From contig JBDIBA010000004.1 in NCBI GenBank assembly GCA_039812705.1, positions 269-64,268 on the forward strand: DNA of 64,000 nucleotides, written 5' to 3'. A model generated the notes under the pieces. It was not told where the DNA came from and did not search any database. It saw only the letters and a program-made list of their open reading frames with translations. Position 1 is the first letter of the stretch. The number at the start of each line of letters is the position of its first letter. Positions 45,754 to 55,012 of the stretch are shown here, in pieces. Source of the DNA: Acidimicrobiia bacterium (GTDB lineage Bacteria; Actinomycetota; Acidimicrobiia; Acidimicrobiales; JBBSGY01). The translations under genes and the position numbers were made by a program.

Positions 45754-47364
45754 CTAGTTGGTGCCGACCGCATCCAGCACAAGGTCTGGATGATCTTGGC
45801 GGATGCGGTCAAGCCAATGAACGCTGTTGAACGTGGCAAGCAGTGACTTGTCTCGTCGTTCGTAAATGCTGACGCCACTGAGCTGAGCAAGCTTTTCCGC
45901 CGAAGGCTGGTCCGTGTGACGCGCAGCAACGTGGGGAAGTGAACCCAGGGTTACTTCGGCTCCAAACTCCTCGGCCATTCGGTGTGTGAATACTTCGAAC
46001 TGCATTCGGCCGACTGCTGCAATAACAAGGGCGCTCGGTCCAAGTTTGGTGTCGGTCATCACCTGAATGACACCTTCTTCGTCCAACTGATCGAGCCCCT
46101 TGCGGAACTGCTTGTGCCGCGAAGTGTCTTTTGCACTTACTCGCGCGAACAGTTCGGGTGAAAAGGTGACGATTTCGGGGAATGAAACCGGCTCGGATTC
46201 GTAAAGCGTGTCACCAATGCGAAGTTCGTTTGCATTTACTAGGCCAATGACATCACCGGGGAATGCATCGTCGATAGTCTCGCGGTCAGAACCAAAAACA
46301 GACGTCGCGTATTTAGTTGCAAACGGTTTTTTTGTACGCGCGTGAGTCACGGTCATTCCACGTTCGAATGCACCGGAGTGCACACGCACAAATGCAACGC
46401 GATCGCGATGGTGTTTATCCATGTTTGCTTGCACTTTGAAAACTTGTGCCGCGAAAGGGTCGCTTAGCTTCCTGGTTGTTCCTGCAGCATCGGCTCTTGG
46501 TCGCGGTTGAGGCGCAAGCTCGACAACGGCATCTAGCACCAGACGCACTCCAAAGTTCGTGAGTGCCGAACCAACAAAGAGGGGAGTAGACGAACCCCCC
46601 AAGAAAAGTTCTTGATCGTGGGTTTGGCCAACTTCATCAAGCAGTGCAATTTCGTCGGTCGCCTGGCTCCACACGTCTCCGAGTTGGGCCTCGGCTTGTT
46701 GGAACGACAGACGTTCTTCGCCGGCTTCTTGCGATCCGCGTGCAGTGCGCGTGTACGAAACAAAATCATTGTGACGGCGGTCGACTACGCCGCGAAAGTC
46801 TCCGGGTATTCCCACGGGCCACGTGACCGGAGTGGGCAACAAGTCCAACTGGTCTTGAATCTCATCGAGCAGTTCGAGGGGGTCGCGTCCGGGGCGGTCG
46901 TATTTGTTGAGGAATGTGATGATCGGCAGGTTCTGTGCACGGCAGACCTGAAACAGCTTGAGTGTTTGAGCCTCAATTCCCTTGGCCACGTCGAGAACCA
47001 TGATGGCTGCATCCGCTGCAGACAACACGCGGTAAGTGTCTTCGGAAAAGTCGCGGTGACCAGGCGTGTCAAGCAGGTTGATGACGTGGTCGCGGTACTC
47101 GAACTGCAAAACCGTCGATGTAATCGAAATGCCTCTTTGTTGTTCAAGCGCCATCCAGTCAGATGTCGCCGAGCGCCTTCCAGCGCGCGCCTTGACGGCT
47201 CCCGCTTCAGAAACTGCACCGCCGTAAAGGAGAAACTTTTCGGTAAGTGTTGTCTTGCCCGCGTCAGGGTGGCTGATGATGGCGAAGGTTCGCCGTCGCT
47301 TGGATTGTTTCTCGATCTCTTCGGCACTTGACACGGTCACCGATAGTACGAGCACTTGGTCCAA
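45754..47364 (-). CDS. prfC: peptide chain release factor 3
   Basis: RRTFAIISHPDAGKTTLTEKFLLYGGA, DTPGHRDF and NKYD GTPase motifs, with an RF3 body. The track start at 47364 is TTG. In-frame GTG codons at 47340 and 47334 are alternatives. Confidence 0.93.
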   Translation of the reverse strand: MDQVLVLSVTVSSAEEIEKQSKRRRTFAIISHPDAGKTTLTEKFLLYGGAVSEAGAVKARAGRRSATSDWMALEQQRGISITSTVLQFEYRDHVINLLDTPGHRDFSEDTYRVLSAADAAIMVLDVAKGIEAQTLKLFQVCRAQNLPIITFLNKYDRPGRDPLELLDEIQDQLDLLPTPVTWPVGIPGDFRGVVDRRHNDFVSYTRTARGSQEAGEERLSFQQAEAQLGDVWSQATDEIALLDEVGQTHDQELFLGGSSTPLFVGSALTNFGVRLVLDAVVELAPQPRPRADAAGTTRKLSDPFAAQVFKVQANMDKHHRDRVAFVRVHSGAFERGMTVTHARTKKPFATKYATSVFGSDRETIDDAFPGDVIGLVNANELRIGDTLYESEPVSFPEIVTFSPELFARVSAKDTSRHKQFRKGLDQLDEEGVIQVMTDTKLGPSALVIAAVGRMQFEVFTHRMAEEFGAEVTLGSLPHVAARHTDQPSAEKLAQLSGVSIYERRDKSLLATFNSVHWLDRIRQDHPDLVLDAVGTN

Positions 47365-47369
47365 GTGCT
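47351..47369. promoter_or_regulatory. perfect 19-bp palindrome in the prfC / lipoate-ligase-like divergent region
   Basis: AGCACTTGG-T-CCAAGTGCT has 9-bp arms and 1 central nt. It lies 24 nt upstream of the + strand ATG (47393) and overlaps the possible TTG start of prfC. Confidence 0.4.
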
Positions 47370-47392
47370 GGAGTGGGAAGCTTTAGGCGCCT

Positions 47393-48106
47393 ATGACGGA
47401 CGAAACCACCGACGATTCGAAACCTTCTCCAACTGTTGCGAAACGCCTCGATGGCTGGACGTTCGAGCGATTCGACGCGTCGCCGGAGGGCCTTCACTCT
47501 CTGGGTGTCCCTGATGGGACCGACGCTGTCATTCGCCATTGTGTCCCCACGAGTTCGGCGATTGTCTTGGGAAGCACGCAGTCTCAAGAAGTGGTGGACC
47601 ACGAAGTTGCCGCTCGACTTGGTTGCGAAGTCATTCGTCGCAGGAGCGGCGGTGGAGCCGTCCTTGTTCAGCCGCAAGACACTTGTTGGGTTGACGTGTT
47701 TGTTCCGGCTGGTCACCGGCTGTGGCATCGCGATGTCGGGGTTGCCACGCACTGGGTTGGGGGCGCTTGGTCGCGGGCTTTAGAGCGCCTCGGTACTGAT
47801 TGTCACGTTCACACGGGCGCAATGATGCGTGCTGTTCTTGCCGGCGAAGTGTGTTTCGCGGGACTGGGTCCAGGCGAGGTTTGCGTGGGTGCTGCAAAAG
47901 TCGTTGGCATCTCTCAACGCCGAACTCGGGCCGGTGCGCTGTTCCAGTGTTCGGTTTACCGGCAATTTCGGATTGATCGCCTGGCGGACTTGTTGAGGCT
48001 GTCCCTTGACGATGTCGAAGCGCTCCGCCGACAGGTTTTCGAGGTCCGTCACCTGTCGGATGACGCCGTTGTTGAGGCGTTGACGTTCGAGATCACGCGT
48101 TCCTGA
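47393..48106 (+). CDS. biotin/lipoate A/B protein ligase family protein (LplA/LipB-like catalytic domain)
   Basis: 237 aa. RRRSGGGAVLV and KVVGISQRR resemble the BPL_LplA_LipB catalytic core (RR.SGGGAV ... K..G.AQ). The exact activity is not assignable. Confidence 0.65.
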   Translation: MTDETTDDSKPSPTVAKRLDGWTFERFDASPEGLHSLGVPDGTDAVIRHCVPTSSAIVLGSTQSQEVVDHEVAARLGCEVIRRRSGGGAVLVQPQDTCWVDVFVPAGHRLWHRDVGVATHWVGGAWSRALERLGTDCHVHTGAMMRAVLAGEVCFAGLGPGEVCVGAAKVVGISQRRTRAGALFQCSVYRQFRIDRLADLLRLSLDDVEALRRQVFEVRHLSDDAVVEALTFEITRS

Positions 48107-48208
48107 ACTTTTTGTCCGATTCGCACCCTTAGTTCGGGTTTCTCCCAGGTCAGGTGCCTGATCGCAGCGAGATCGAGAACCATCAAGATCTTTTCAAAAT
48201 CGATTTAA

Positions 48209-48253
48209 GTGGTTGACGCGTGGCGGTCTGGGGCTTAATGTGGCGCGAAGTGG
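48209..48253 (+). promoter_or_regulatory. Pmra-like promoter with phased GTGG repeats (candidate MraZ operator)
   Basis: TTGACG at 48213-48218, a 17-nt spacer, then TAATGT at 48236-48241. GTGG occurs at 48209, 48220, 48240 and 48250, plus TGGGG at 48229, giving roughly 10-11 nt phasing. The site lies about 95 nt upstream of mraZ. Confidence 0.55.
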
Positions 48254-48340
48254 AGGAAAGGGGATGGCTGCGGTCACAAACCCTTTCTTCCGCAAGAGGA
48301 CGACCCTCATGGGGGAGAGCAATGGGAGCCGGCAGGTCGA

Positions 48341-48769
48341 ATGGCGCGATTCTTTGGGAGGTACGAGCACTCCCTGGATGCAAAGGGACGCTTGATCCTG
48401 CCTGCAAAGTTTCGCCCTGCCTTCGAATCCGGCGGCTACTTGACTCAGTTCAACGACCGTTGTTTGGCGCTCTGGACGCCGGCCGACTTCGAAAAGCAAA
48501 TGGAGTTGATGGAGCAGTCTGCCGAGCGTGGACGCGACGAGCGCAATCAAATGCGTTTGTGGGCTTCGGGTTCTCAGGAGATCGAAGTCGACAAGCAGGG
48601 TCGAATGGTGATCTCCAAGGACTTGCGCGAGTTTGCTCGTCTCACTGGCGATGTGCTGGTGAACGGAGCCATTACCCGCGTCGAGCTTTGGGACCCAAGC
48701 GAATGGGCAGCCAAGGTTCTGCCTGCCGAAGAGCGCTTCACCGAAGAAGATGTCAGCGAGGCCCGGTGA
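48341..48769 (+). CDS. mraZ: transcriptional regulator MraZ
   Basis: 142 aa. MARFFGRYEHSLDAKGRLILPAKFR and a second SpoVT/AbrB-like repeat VDKQGRMVISKDLRE are present. Confidence 0.96.
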   Translation: MARFFGRYEHSLDAKGRLILPAKFRPAFESGGYLTQFNDRCLALWTPADFEKQMELMEQSAERGRDERNQMRLWASGSQEIEVDKQGRMVISKDLREFARLTGDVLVNGAITRVELWDPSEWAAKVLPAEERFTEEDVSEAR

Positions 48770-48924
48770 AGTGAGCCGTTGCCAACCGCGGTTCGTTAGC
48801 AAGACAAATATCGCAATGCCTGGCTGTCGTTTTGGCCGCGGCGTGCAGAAAACAACAACTCAATATTTCAGCAACATCAATAAGAAGACATGCGTTTGCG
48901 GTGCAACAAGTCGGACCGTGCGCA

Positions 48925-49025
48925 GCCTCTCGACGAAGATGGTGGAAGACCCTCGATCCGCCCCCTTCCATCTTTGTCAGCTGGGGACACATCCCAGCGA
49001 CGTTCTTTTCGTCGAGGGGCTGCGG
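48925..49025 (+). promoter_or_regulatory. candidate structured 5' leader of rsmH (possible mraW-type RNA motif)
   Basis: Competing stems are visible. gacgaaga(tgg)tggaag 48932-48948 pairs with cttccatctttgtc 48965-48978. gctggg/cccagc lies at 48980-48998. cgacg/cgtcg is a local hairpin. Long-range ctcgacg 48929-48935 pairs with cgtcgag 49010-49016, which abuts the GAGGGG RBS. Confidence 0.3.
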
Positions 49026-50021
49026 ATGAGCCGACCACAAGACACCAATCAACACCGCATTGACTTTGCTCATCGTCCAGTGATGCTGGACGAAATTGTC
49101 GAGCTGTTTGCAACCGTGCCTGCCGGGACGGTTGTTGATGCGACCGTTGGCGGCGGTGGCCACGCGGCCGCCTTGTTGTCGATGTACCCGCACTTGCGCG
49201 TTGTGGGTCTCGACCGCGACGAGGTTGCCGTCGAGGCAGCCACCGAGCGTTTGAGTGTCTACGGCGACCGCGTGCGCGTGGTCCACACGCGTTTCGATGC
49301 CATTGCCGATGTGGTTCGCAACATGGGTACGCCCGAAAGTCCGGCAATGTTGTCGGGGGTTCTGTTTGACCTTGGAGTCAGCTCGCCACAACTCGATATG
49401 GCGGCGCGTGGGTTCAGCTATCAGCAAAGTGGTCCACTTGACATGCGCATGGACTCGACCGAAGCCTTGAGCGCGCACGACATTGTCAATGGTTTTGAGC
49501 TTGACGAATTGACCGATCTTTTGCGCAATGGCGGCGAGGAAAAGTTTGCTCGTCGCGTGGCAAAGGCAATCATTGCTGCGCGTCCGCTTGATTCCACGCA
49601 CGAACTTGCTGCTGTTGTGCGTAACGCAATTCCGGCCCCGGCGCGTCGACGTCCGGGTGACCCCGCAAAGCGCACATTCCAAGCAATCAGAATTGCAGTC
49701 AATCGGGAACTTGAAGTGCTTCCGGTTGCGTTGACTGCTTCACTCGACGCGCTTGCGCCAGGTGGACGCTTGGTCTGCATTTCGTATCACTCCGGTGAAG
49801 ACCGCATTGTGAAGCAATCCTTTGTCAAGGCCTGCGGCGAAGACGTTTACCGTCCGCGCGGTCTAGATGCCCCTACTCCCGAGACACCTCGATTTAGATT
49901 GTTGAATCGCGGTGCTCGTAAGCCGACCGAACTGGAACAGCAAATGAATCCACGTTCGAGTTCTGCGCGTCTGCGCGCAATCGAAGCACTCGCAAATGAA
50001 GTCACTGGGGGATCGAAATGA
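49026..50021 (+). CDS. rsmH: 16S rRNA (cytosine1402-N4)-methyltransferase
   Basis: HRPVMLDEIV, DATVGGGGHA, DLGVSSPQLD and SYHSGEDRIVK motifs. The ATG at 49026 lies after GAGGGG. The in-frame upstream extension to 48750 has no RsmH similarity. Confidence 0.95.
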   Translation: MSRPQDTNQHRIDFAHRPVMLDEIVELFATVPAGTVVDATVGGGGHAAALLSMYPHLRVVGLDRDEVAVEAATERLSVYGDRVRVVHTRFDAIADVVRNMGTPESPAMLSGVLFDLGVSSPQLDMAARGFSYQQSGPLDMRMDSTEALSAHDIVNGFELDELTDLLRNGGEEKFARRVAKAIIAARPLDSTHELAAVVRNAIPAPARRRPGDPAKRTFQAIRIAVNRELEVLPVALTASLDALAPGGRLVCISYHSGEDRIVKQSFVKACGEDVYRPRGLDAPTPETPRFRLLNRGARKPTELEQQMNPRSSSARLRAIEALANEVTGGSK

Positions 50022-50512
50022 GTCAAAGGTTGGCGTCTTGGCCAAAGAGCGAGACCGTTGGAAGCGCTCAGCCACGAACTCATAAACGTCCCGAATTGCG
50101 CCTTGTCAAGAACTCGCCCCAGCGTCGTTTGGCGCGACTGACACCGCGCGGCCGCATCATCACCCTGATTGCAGCCGTTGTCGTTGCCCTGTTCGGGGTT
50201 GTGGTCTTTCATGTGAACATTTCCCAGAGCCAGTTCGCGATCGAGGAGATGCAGCAGAAGGCCGGAGACGAGCAGGACCGCTACGAGCGCTTGCGCTTGG
50301 AAGTATCAACATTGGAAAGCCCGGCGCGCGTCTCGCAGTATGCGCAGGAGCGACTCGGTTTGGTTTCGCCGGAGCACGTCAAAGCTGTTGCGCCGCGCGA
50401 GCAAGACGTTGCAAAAGGCCTTCCAATTGATGGGGTAAATCCACAGTCTTCGAACACCGGAGACCTAGGCTGGACCAAGTTAAAGCCCCATCTTTCAGCA
50501 TCTTCCTCATGA
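50018..50512 (+). CDS. ftsL: cell division protein FtsL-like (septum formation initiator)
   Basis: 164 aa with a basic N-terminus, a single TM segment (IITLIAAVVVALFGVVVF) and a coiled-coil (EEMQQKAGDEQDRYERLRLEVSTLESP). It sits between rsmH and ftsI, overlapping both. Confidence 0.72.
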   Translation: MSQRLASWPKSETVGSAQPRTHKRPELRLVKNSPQRRLARLTPRGRIITLIAAVVVALFGVVVFHVNISQSQFAIEEMQQKAGDEQDRYERLRLEVSTLESPARVSQYAQERLGLVSPEHVKAVAPREQDVAKGLPIDGVNPQSSNTGDLGWTKLKPHLSASSS

Positions 50513-52497
50513 CCCACACAAAGTCAACGGGGCGCCCGGCGCTCAGTTCAGCGAGCAAACTTCGCAAGCTTTCCAGGCATCGAACTTTCGCATTGCTGTT
50601 GGTCGTTGGCCTTCTTTTTGGTTCTGTTGTCCTTCGCTTGGGTCAGCTTCAGCTGGTTAATGGAGATCGATTCCAGACCATTGGGCAATCGCAACGGTTG
50701 CGAACCGTCAAGCTTTCCGCGGAGCGTGGGGCAATCTTTGATAGTTCGGGTCGGGATCTGGCTCAGTCGGTGCCACAGCAGACGATTTGGGCTGATCCCT
50801 CTCTTGTTGAGAACAAGGACCAGGCTGCATCGCTGTTGGCTCCGGTGCTTGGGAAGGAGATTGGCGACCTCACTGACCTGTTGAACAAGCAGGGCCGTTT
50901 TGTCTATCTGTCGCGCAAGGTCGACGACTCGACTGCTCAAAAGGTTAAGGACCTCAAGATCAAAGGCGTGGCTCAGTACGGCGAGCCGAAGCGTTTCATG
51001 TCTTCTGACCCCTACCTGTCTTCACTGATTGGTCACGTCGGTGTCGACAACGAAGGTCTTTCGGGTCTTGAGCTGCAGTTCGACAAGCAGCTTCGGGGGA
51101 CTCCTGGAGAAATGGTTGTTGAACAAGACATCGGCGGGCGTGACATTCCCGGTGGTGTCAACAAAGACACCCCAGCCGTTCGTGGTCAGGACTTGATGTT
51201 GACCATCGACAGCGATCTTCAATTCAAGGTCGAAGAGGCGCTCAAGAACGAGATCAATCTTGCTAATGCCAAGGGCGGCATTGCCGCGGTTATGGACACC
51301 AAGACCGGAAACGTCGTGGCGCTTTCCAATTTGTCGACCAAGACTGGCGAGCGTGGGGGAGAAGTCGTTGCGACTTCCAACAATGCTGCGTTGACGAATG
51401 TCTATGAGCCCGGTTCGACATCGAAACTGATCACGGCAAGTGCCGCACTTGAAGCCAAGATCGTCAATCCGTCCACGGTGTTCACGGTGGCTGACCGCAT
51501 GAAGCTTTATGACTCGACGTTTGGTGATTCCGAAGACCACCCAACGCAGCGGTGGAACACCACCGACATCATCACGACTTCTTCCAACATCGGCACCATT
51601 CAGATTGCACAGCAGCTTGGGAAGGAACGCCTTGATGCGTTTCAGCGTGCATTTGGGTATGGCTCGAAGACAGGTTTGAACTATCCGGGCGAATCTGCCG
51701 GTTTGTTGCTTTCGCCAAAGAAGTACTCCGGCACGACACTTGCAACGACGGCGATTGGGCAGGGTGTTTCCGTCACTGCAATGCAGATGTTGGCGGCGTT
51801 TAACACGATTGCCAACGACGGTGTCTATGTTGGGCCTCGCCTTGTTGATGCAACCATCGATGCTGACGGCAAGCGTCACGAAACCGACGCAAGCCCAACG
51901 CGTCGCGTTGTGTCAGAGCAGACCGCTGCACAGATGAACTTGATGCTCCAAGAAGTGGTCCGCGTGGGAACGGCAACAGCTGCTCAGATTGACGGCTACG
52001 AAGTGGCAGGAAAGACCGGTACGGCGCGCAAGCCGCGAGCCGACGGAATTGGCTACCAAGACGGCGCTTACATTTCCAGCTTCGCCGGTTTCTTGCCCGC
52101 AGGGGACCCCCGTCTTACGGCGATCGTCATTCTCGACGAGCCAACGCCTATTTACGGCGGTTTGGTTGCGGCCCCAGTGTTTTCAGAGATTGCTCGTTTT
52201 GCAGTTCAGCGTTATGGCATTGCGCCAGTAACGAGTGGCAGTGACCGCCACGGTGTTCCGTTCGCTGCAGCTTCAGCGTCGGGGGAGCACTCCTCTGGTG
52301 ACGCAAAGCCGGGCACGACAGCCGAAGATGCCAATCGCGCGACCGCGGCTGCCAATGCCGGTGCCAGAAAATCCGAAGCACCTGATGGGTCGTCAGGCTC
52401 AACATCATCGACCAGCTCGACTTCTGCACCGAAAACCACAAATCGCTCAACTGTGTCGTCAACCTCAACCACAGCCCAGGCGCGGACTCAACAATGA
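50509..52497 (+). CDS. ftsI: class B penicillin-binding protein (FtsI-type transpeptidase)
   Basis: 662 aa with an N-terminal TM segment and a PBP dimer domain. Transpeptidase motifs are STSK (EPGSTSKLI), SSN and KTGT, followed by a Ser/Thr-rich tail. Confidence 0.93.
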   Translation: MTHTKSTGRPALSSASKLRKLSRHRTFALLLVVGLLFGSVVLRLGQLQLVNGDRFQTIGQSQRLRTVKLSAERGAIFDSSGRDLAQSVPQQTIWADPSLVENKDQAASLLAPVLGKEIGDLTDLLNKQGRFVYLSRKVDDSTAQKVKDLKIKGVAQYGEPKRFMSSDPYLSSLIGHVGVDNEGLSGLELQFDKQLRGTPGEMVVEQDIGGRDIPGGVNKDTPAVRGQDLMLTIDSDLQFKVEEALKNEINLANAKGGIAAVMDTKTGNVVALSNLSTKTGERGGEVVATSNNAALTNVYEPGSTSKLITASAALEAKIVNPSTVFTVADRMKLYDSTFGDSEDHPTQRWNTTDIITTSSNIGTIQIAQQLGKERLDAFQRAFGYGSKTGLNYPGESAGLLLSPKKYSGTTLATTAIGQGVSVTAMQMLAAFNTIANDGVYVGPRLVDATIDADGKRHETDASPTRRVVSEQTAAQMNLMLQEVVRVGTATAAQIDGYEVAGKTGTARKPRADGIGYQDGAYISSFAGFLPAGDPRLTAIVILDEPTPIYGGLVAAPVFSEIARFAVQRYGIAPVTSGSDRHGVPFAAASASGEHSSGDAKPGTTAEDANRATAAANAGARKSEAPDGSSGSTSSTSSTSAPKTTNRSTVSSTSTTAQARTQQ

Positions 52498-53981
52498 CTT
52501 CACTTGAGACGCTACGCGCGGCCGTTGGTGCAAGCTTGGTCGGAGCTCCCGTGGCGGCGGCCAATGTCGAGATCACAAGCGTTGTCGAGTCGTTACCAGA
52601 TGTGCTTCCCGGTTCATTGTTCTGTTGTGTGAAGGGCTCTCGTTTCGATGGTCACGATCTCGCGAGAGAGGCAATTGAAAGTGGTGCGTCCGCCGTTGTA
52701 GTTGAACGCGAACTGACCAACATCGACGCGCCTCAGCTGCTCGTTGCCAACGTGCGTGATGAGCTTGGGCCCATTGCGTCGTGTTTTTATGACAACCCGG
52801 CTGGAAAGCTCAAGATGTTTGGCGTCACGGGAACCAACGGCAAGACAACGGTTGCGCAGATCCTCGGACATTTGCTGTCGCAGTCCGGTGAGCGCGTTGG
52901 GGTCATTGGAACATTGAATGGCGCCTACACCAGCCCTCCGGCCACCAAGTTGCAAGAGCAACTAGATGCTCTTGTCAGGCAGGGTTCAACGGCATGCGTG
53001 ATGGAAGTTTCATCCCACGCACTTGCCCAGTCGCGCGTGAAAGGCGTTCATTTCAGGGTTGGAGTTTTTACGAATCTCACTCAAGACCACCTTGACTACC
53101 ACCACACAATGGAGGACTACTTCGCCGCCAAGGCCAGACTCTTCAGCGCGGACTATGTCGATGCGGCTGTCGTCAATACGGACTCCGAATGGGGCAGACG
53201 GTTGGTTGACATTGCGAAGAATCAAGGCGTCGACAAGGTTCTTACCTATTCGCTGAATGACATCTCTGACTTGCAGTGTCTTGCGAGCTCGACTCGTGGC
53301 CAGTGGCGGGGAGAGGAACTCAATTCGCCATTGGTTGGTGAGTTCAATGCGTCCAACGCATTGGCGGCAATGCTTAGCGCCTGTGAGTTTGGAATGACCG
53401 AAAGCGAAGTTGTCCGTGCGCTTTCAACCATGCCTGGCGTGCCGGGTCGCCTCGAGCGCATTGATGTCGGCCAACGGTTCTCTGTCTTTGTTGATTTTGC
53501 GCATACGCCAGACGGGTTGAAGCAAATACTTCGCACATTGAGTTCCGTGAAGTCTGAGAACGCTCGACTGATTGTTGTTTTCGGTTGCGGTGGCAATCGA
53601 GACGCCGCAAAGCGACCCTTAATGGCCAGCGTTGTCGAGGACTGCGCCGATGTCGTCATCATCACGTCAGACAATCCGCGTGACGAAGATCCCGAAGCAA
53701 TTGCCAGCGAGATGGTTGCGGGCCTGAATGCGCCGCATGCAGCAACGGTCGAGACCGATCGCGCCAAAGCAATCGAGGCAGCGTTGAAAATGGCTCGGCA
53801 TGACGATGTTGTGGTGATTGCCGGCAAGGGTCACGAGACGACTCAGGAGATTGCTGGAATCAAGCACCCTTTCGACGATCGCGAAGTTGTGCGAAACATC
53901 TTGCATGCCCTTGAGCGAAATGACGTGCCGCAAGATGACGCGCCGAAGAACGACTCTTTGACTAACGAGGTGGGCAAGTGA
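52494..53981 (+). CDS. murE: UDP-N-acetylmuramoyl-L-alanyl-D-glutamate--2,6-diaminopimelate ligase
   Basis: 495 aa with the Mur ligase P-loop GVTGTNGKTT, GCGGNRD..KR and the meso-DAP-specific DNPR motif (ITSDNPRDEDP). Confidence 0.95.
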   Translation: MTSLETLRAAVGASLVGAPVAAANVEITSVVESLPDVLPGSLFCCVKGSRFDGHDLAREAIESGASAVVVERELTNIDAPQLLVANVRDELGPIASCFYDNPAGKLKMFGVTGTNGKTTVAQILGHLLSQSGERVGVIGTLNGAYTSPPATKLQEQLDALVRQGSTACVMEVSSHALAQSRVKGVHFRVGVFTNLTQDHLDYHHTMEDYFAAKARLFSADYVDAAVVNTDSEWGRRLVDIAKNQGVDKVLTYSLNDISDLQCLASSTRGQWRGEELNSPLVGEFNASNALAAMLSACEFGMTESEVVRALSTMPGVPGRLERIDVGQRFSVFVDFAHTPDGLKQILRTLSSVKSENARLIVVFGCGGNRDAAKRPLMASVVEDCADVVIITSDNPRDEDPEAIASEMVAGLNAPHAATVETDRAKAIEAALKMARHDDVVVIAGKGHETTQEIAGIKHPFDDREVVRNILHALERNDVPQDDAPKNDSLTNEVGK

Positions 53982-55012
53982 TCGGTCTCTTGTTGGGCGC
54001 AACCGTTGCGACCCTGTTGTCTTTGCTCATCACGCCGCTGTTCATTGCCTGGCTGAGAGACCGCAGCATTGGTCAGCAGGTTCGCGATGATGGACCCCAC
54101 GGTCACCACACAAAGGCGGGCACTCCCACGATCGGTGGAGTCTGTTTCGTGCTTGCAGCGGTGATTGGTTACGGCGTTGCGCATTCCATGCCGAACGTTG
54201 TCTACACGCGTACTGGTTTGTTGACCATGTTGGTGATTCTGCTCACAGCAATCGTTGGCTTGGTCGATGACTGGATAAAGATCCGCAACGGTCGCAGCCT
54301 CGGTCTGAAAAGTTGGCAAAAACTGACCGGTCAATTCATCGCAGCCGCGATTTTCGCGATCCTTGCGGTCTACTGGGGCAACGTCAGCACGACACTTGCC
54401 TTCACACGAGGTGATTCCACAGGCATCGACTTGGGCAACATTGGTTGGATTCTCTTTGCGATCTTCGTGATTGTTGGTTTCTCGAATGCAGTCAACCTCA
54501 CCGATGGTCTCGATGGCTTGGCTGCCGGCGCATCGGCGTTTGCGTTTTCGTTCTTTGCCGTTGTCGGGTTTTGGCAGCTGCGTCACCGCAGTGTTTACGG
54601 CGTTTACGGCGCACTTGACTTGGCCGTGATCGCAGTTGCAATGGCCGGCGCGCTGATTGGTTTTCTTTGGTTCAATGCGGCTCCTGCGCGATTGTTCATG
54701 GGCGACGTCGGTTCGTTGGCCATCGGTGCAGGTGTCGCGGCGCTTGGTCTGGTCATGAACGTCCACCTGTTGTTACCCGTCATCGGCGGCCTGTTTGTTC
54801 TTGAAACCTTGTCGGTGATTGTGCAAGTGATCAGCTTCAGATTCTTCAAGAAGCGCGTGTTTGCCATGGCGCCCATTCATCACCATTTCGAACTCAAGGG
54901 TTGGCCTGAAACCCATGTGATCATCCGTTTTTGGATTATCTCCGGTCTTTTCACGGCGCTTGCACTTTGCCTCTTCTACGCAGACTTCTTGTCTGTTCCA
55001 AAGGTGGTGTAG
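53978..55012 (+). CDS. mraY: phospho-N-acetylmuramoyl-pentapeptide transferase
   Basis: 344 aa, polytopic. NAVNLTDGLDGLA and PIHHHFELKGW motifs are present. The GTG start overlaps the murE stop. Confidence 0.96.
   Translation: MIGLLLGATVATLLSLLITPLFIAWLRDRSIGQQVRDDGPHGHHTKAGTPTIGGVCFVLAAVIGYGVAHSMPNVVYTRTGLLTMLVILLTAIVGLVDDWIKIRNGRSLGLKSWQKLTGQFIAAAIFAILAVYWGNVSTTLAFTRGDSTGIDLGNIGWILFAIFVIVGFSNAVNLTDGLDGLAAGASAFAFSFFAVVGFWQLRHRSVYGVYGALDLAVIAVAMAGALIGFLWFNAAPARLFMGDVGSLAIGAGVAALGLVMNVHLLLPVIGGLFVLETLSVIVQVISFRFFKKRVFAMAPIHHHFELKGWPETHVIIRFWIISGLFTALALCLFYADFLSVPKVV

Noticed and set aside
48750-49025. The in-frame 92-codon extension upstream of rsmH.
   Set aside because: It has no RsmH similarity and overlaps the mraZ 3' end. 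A good RBS (GAGGGG) precedes the ATG at 49026, from which the conserved HRPVMLDE motif follows at the usual distance.
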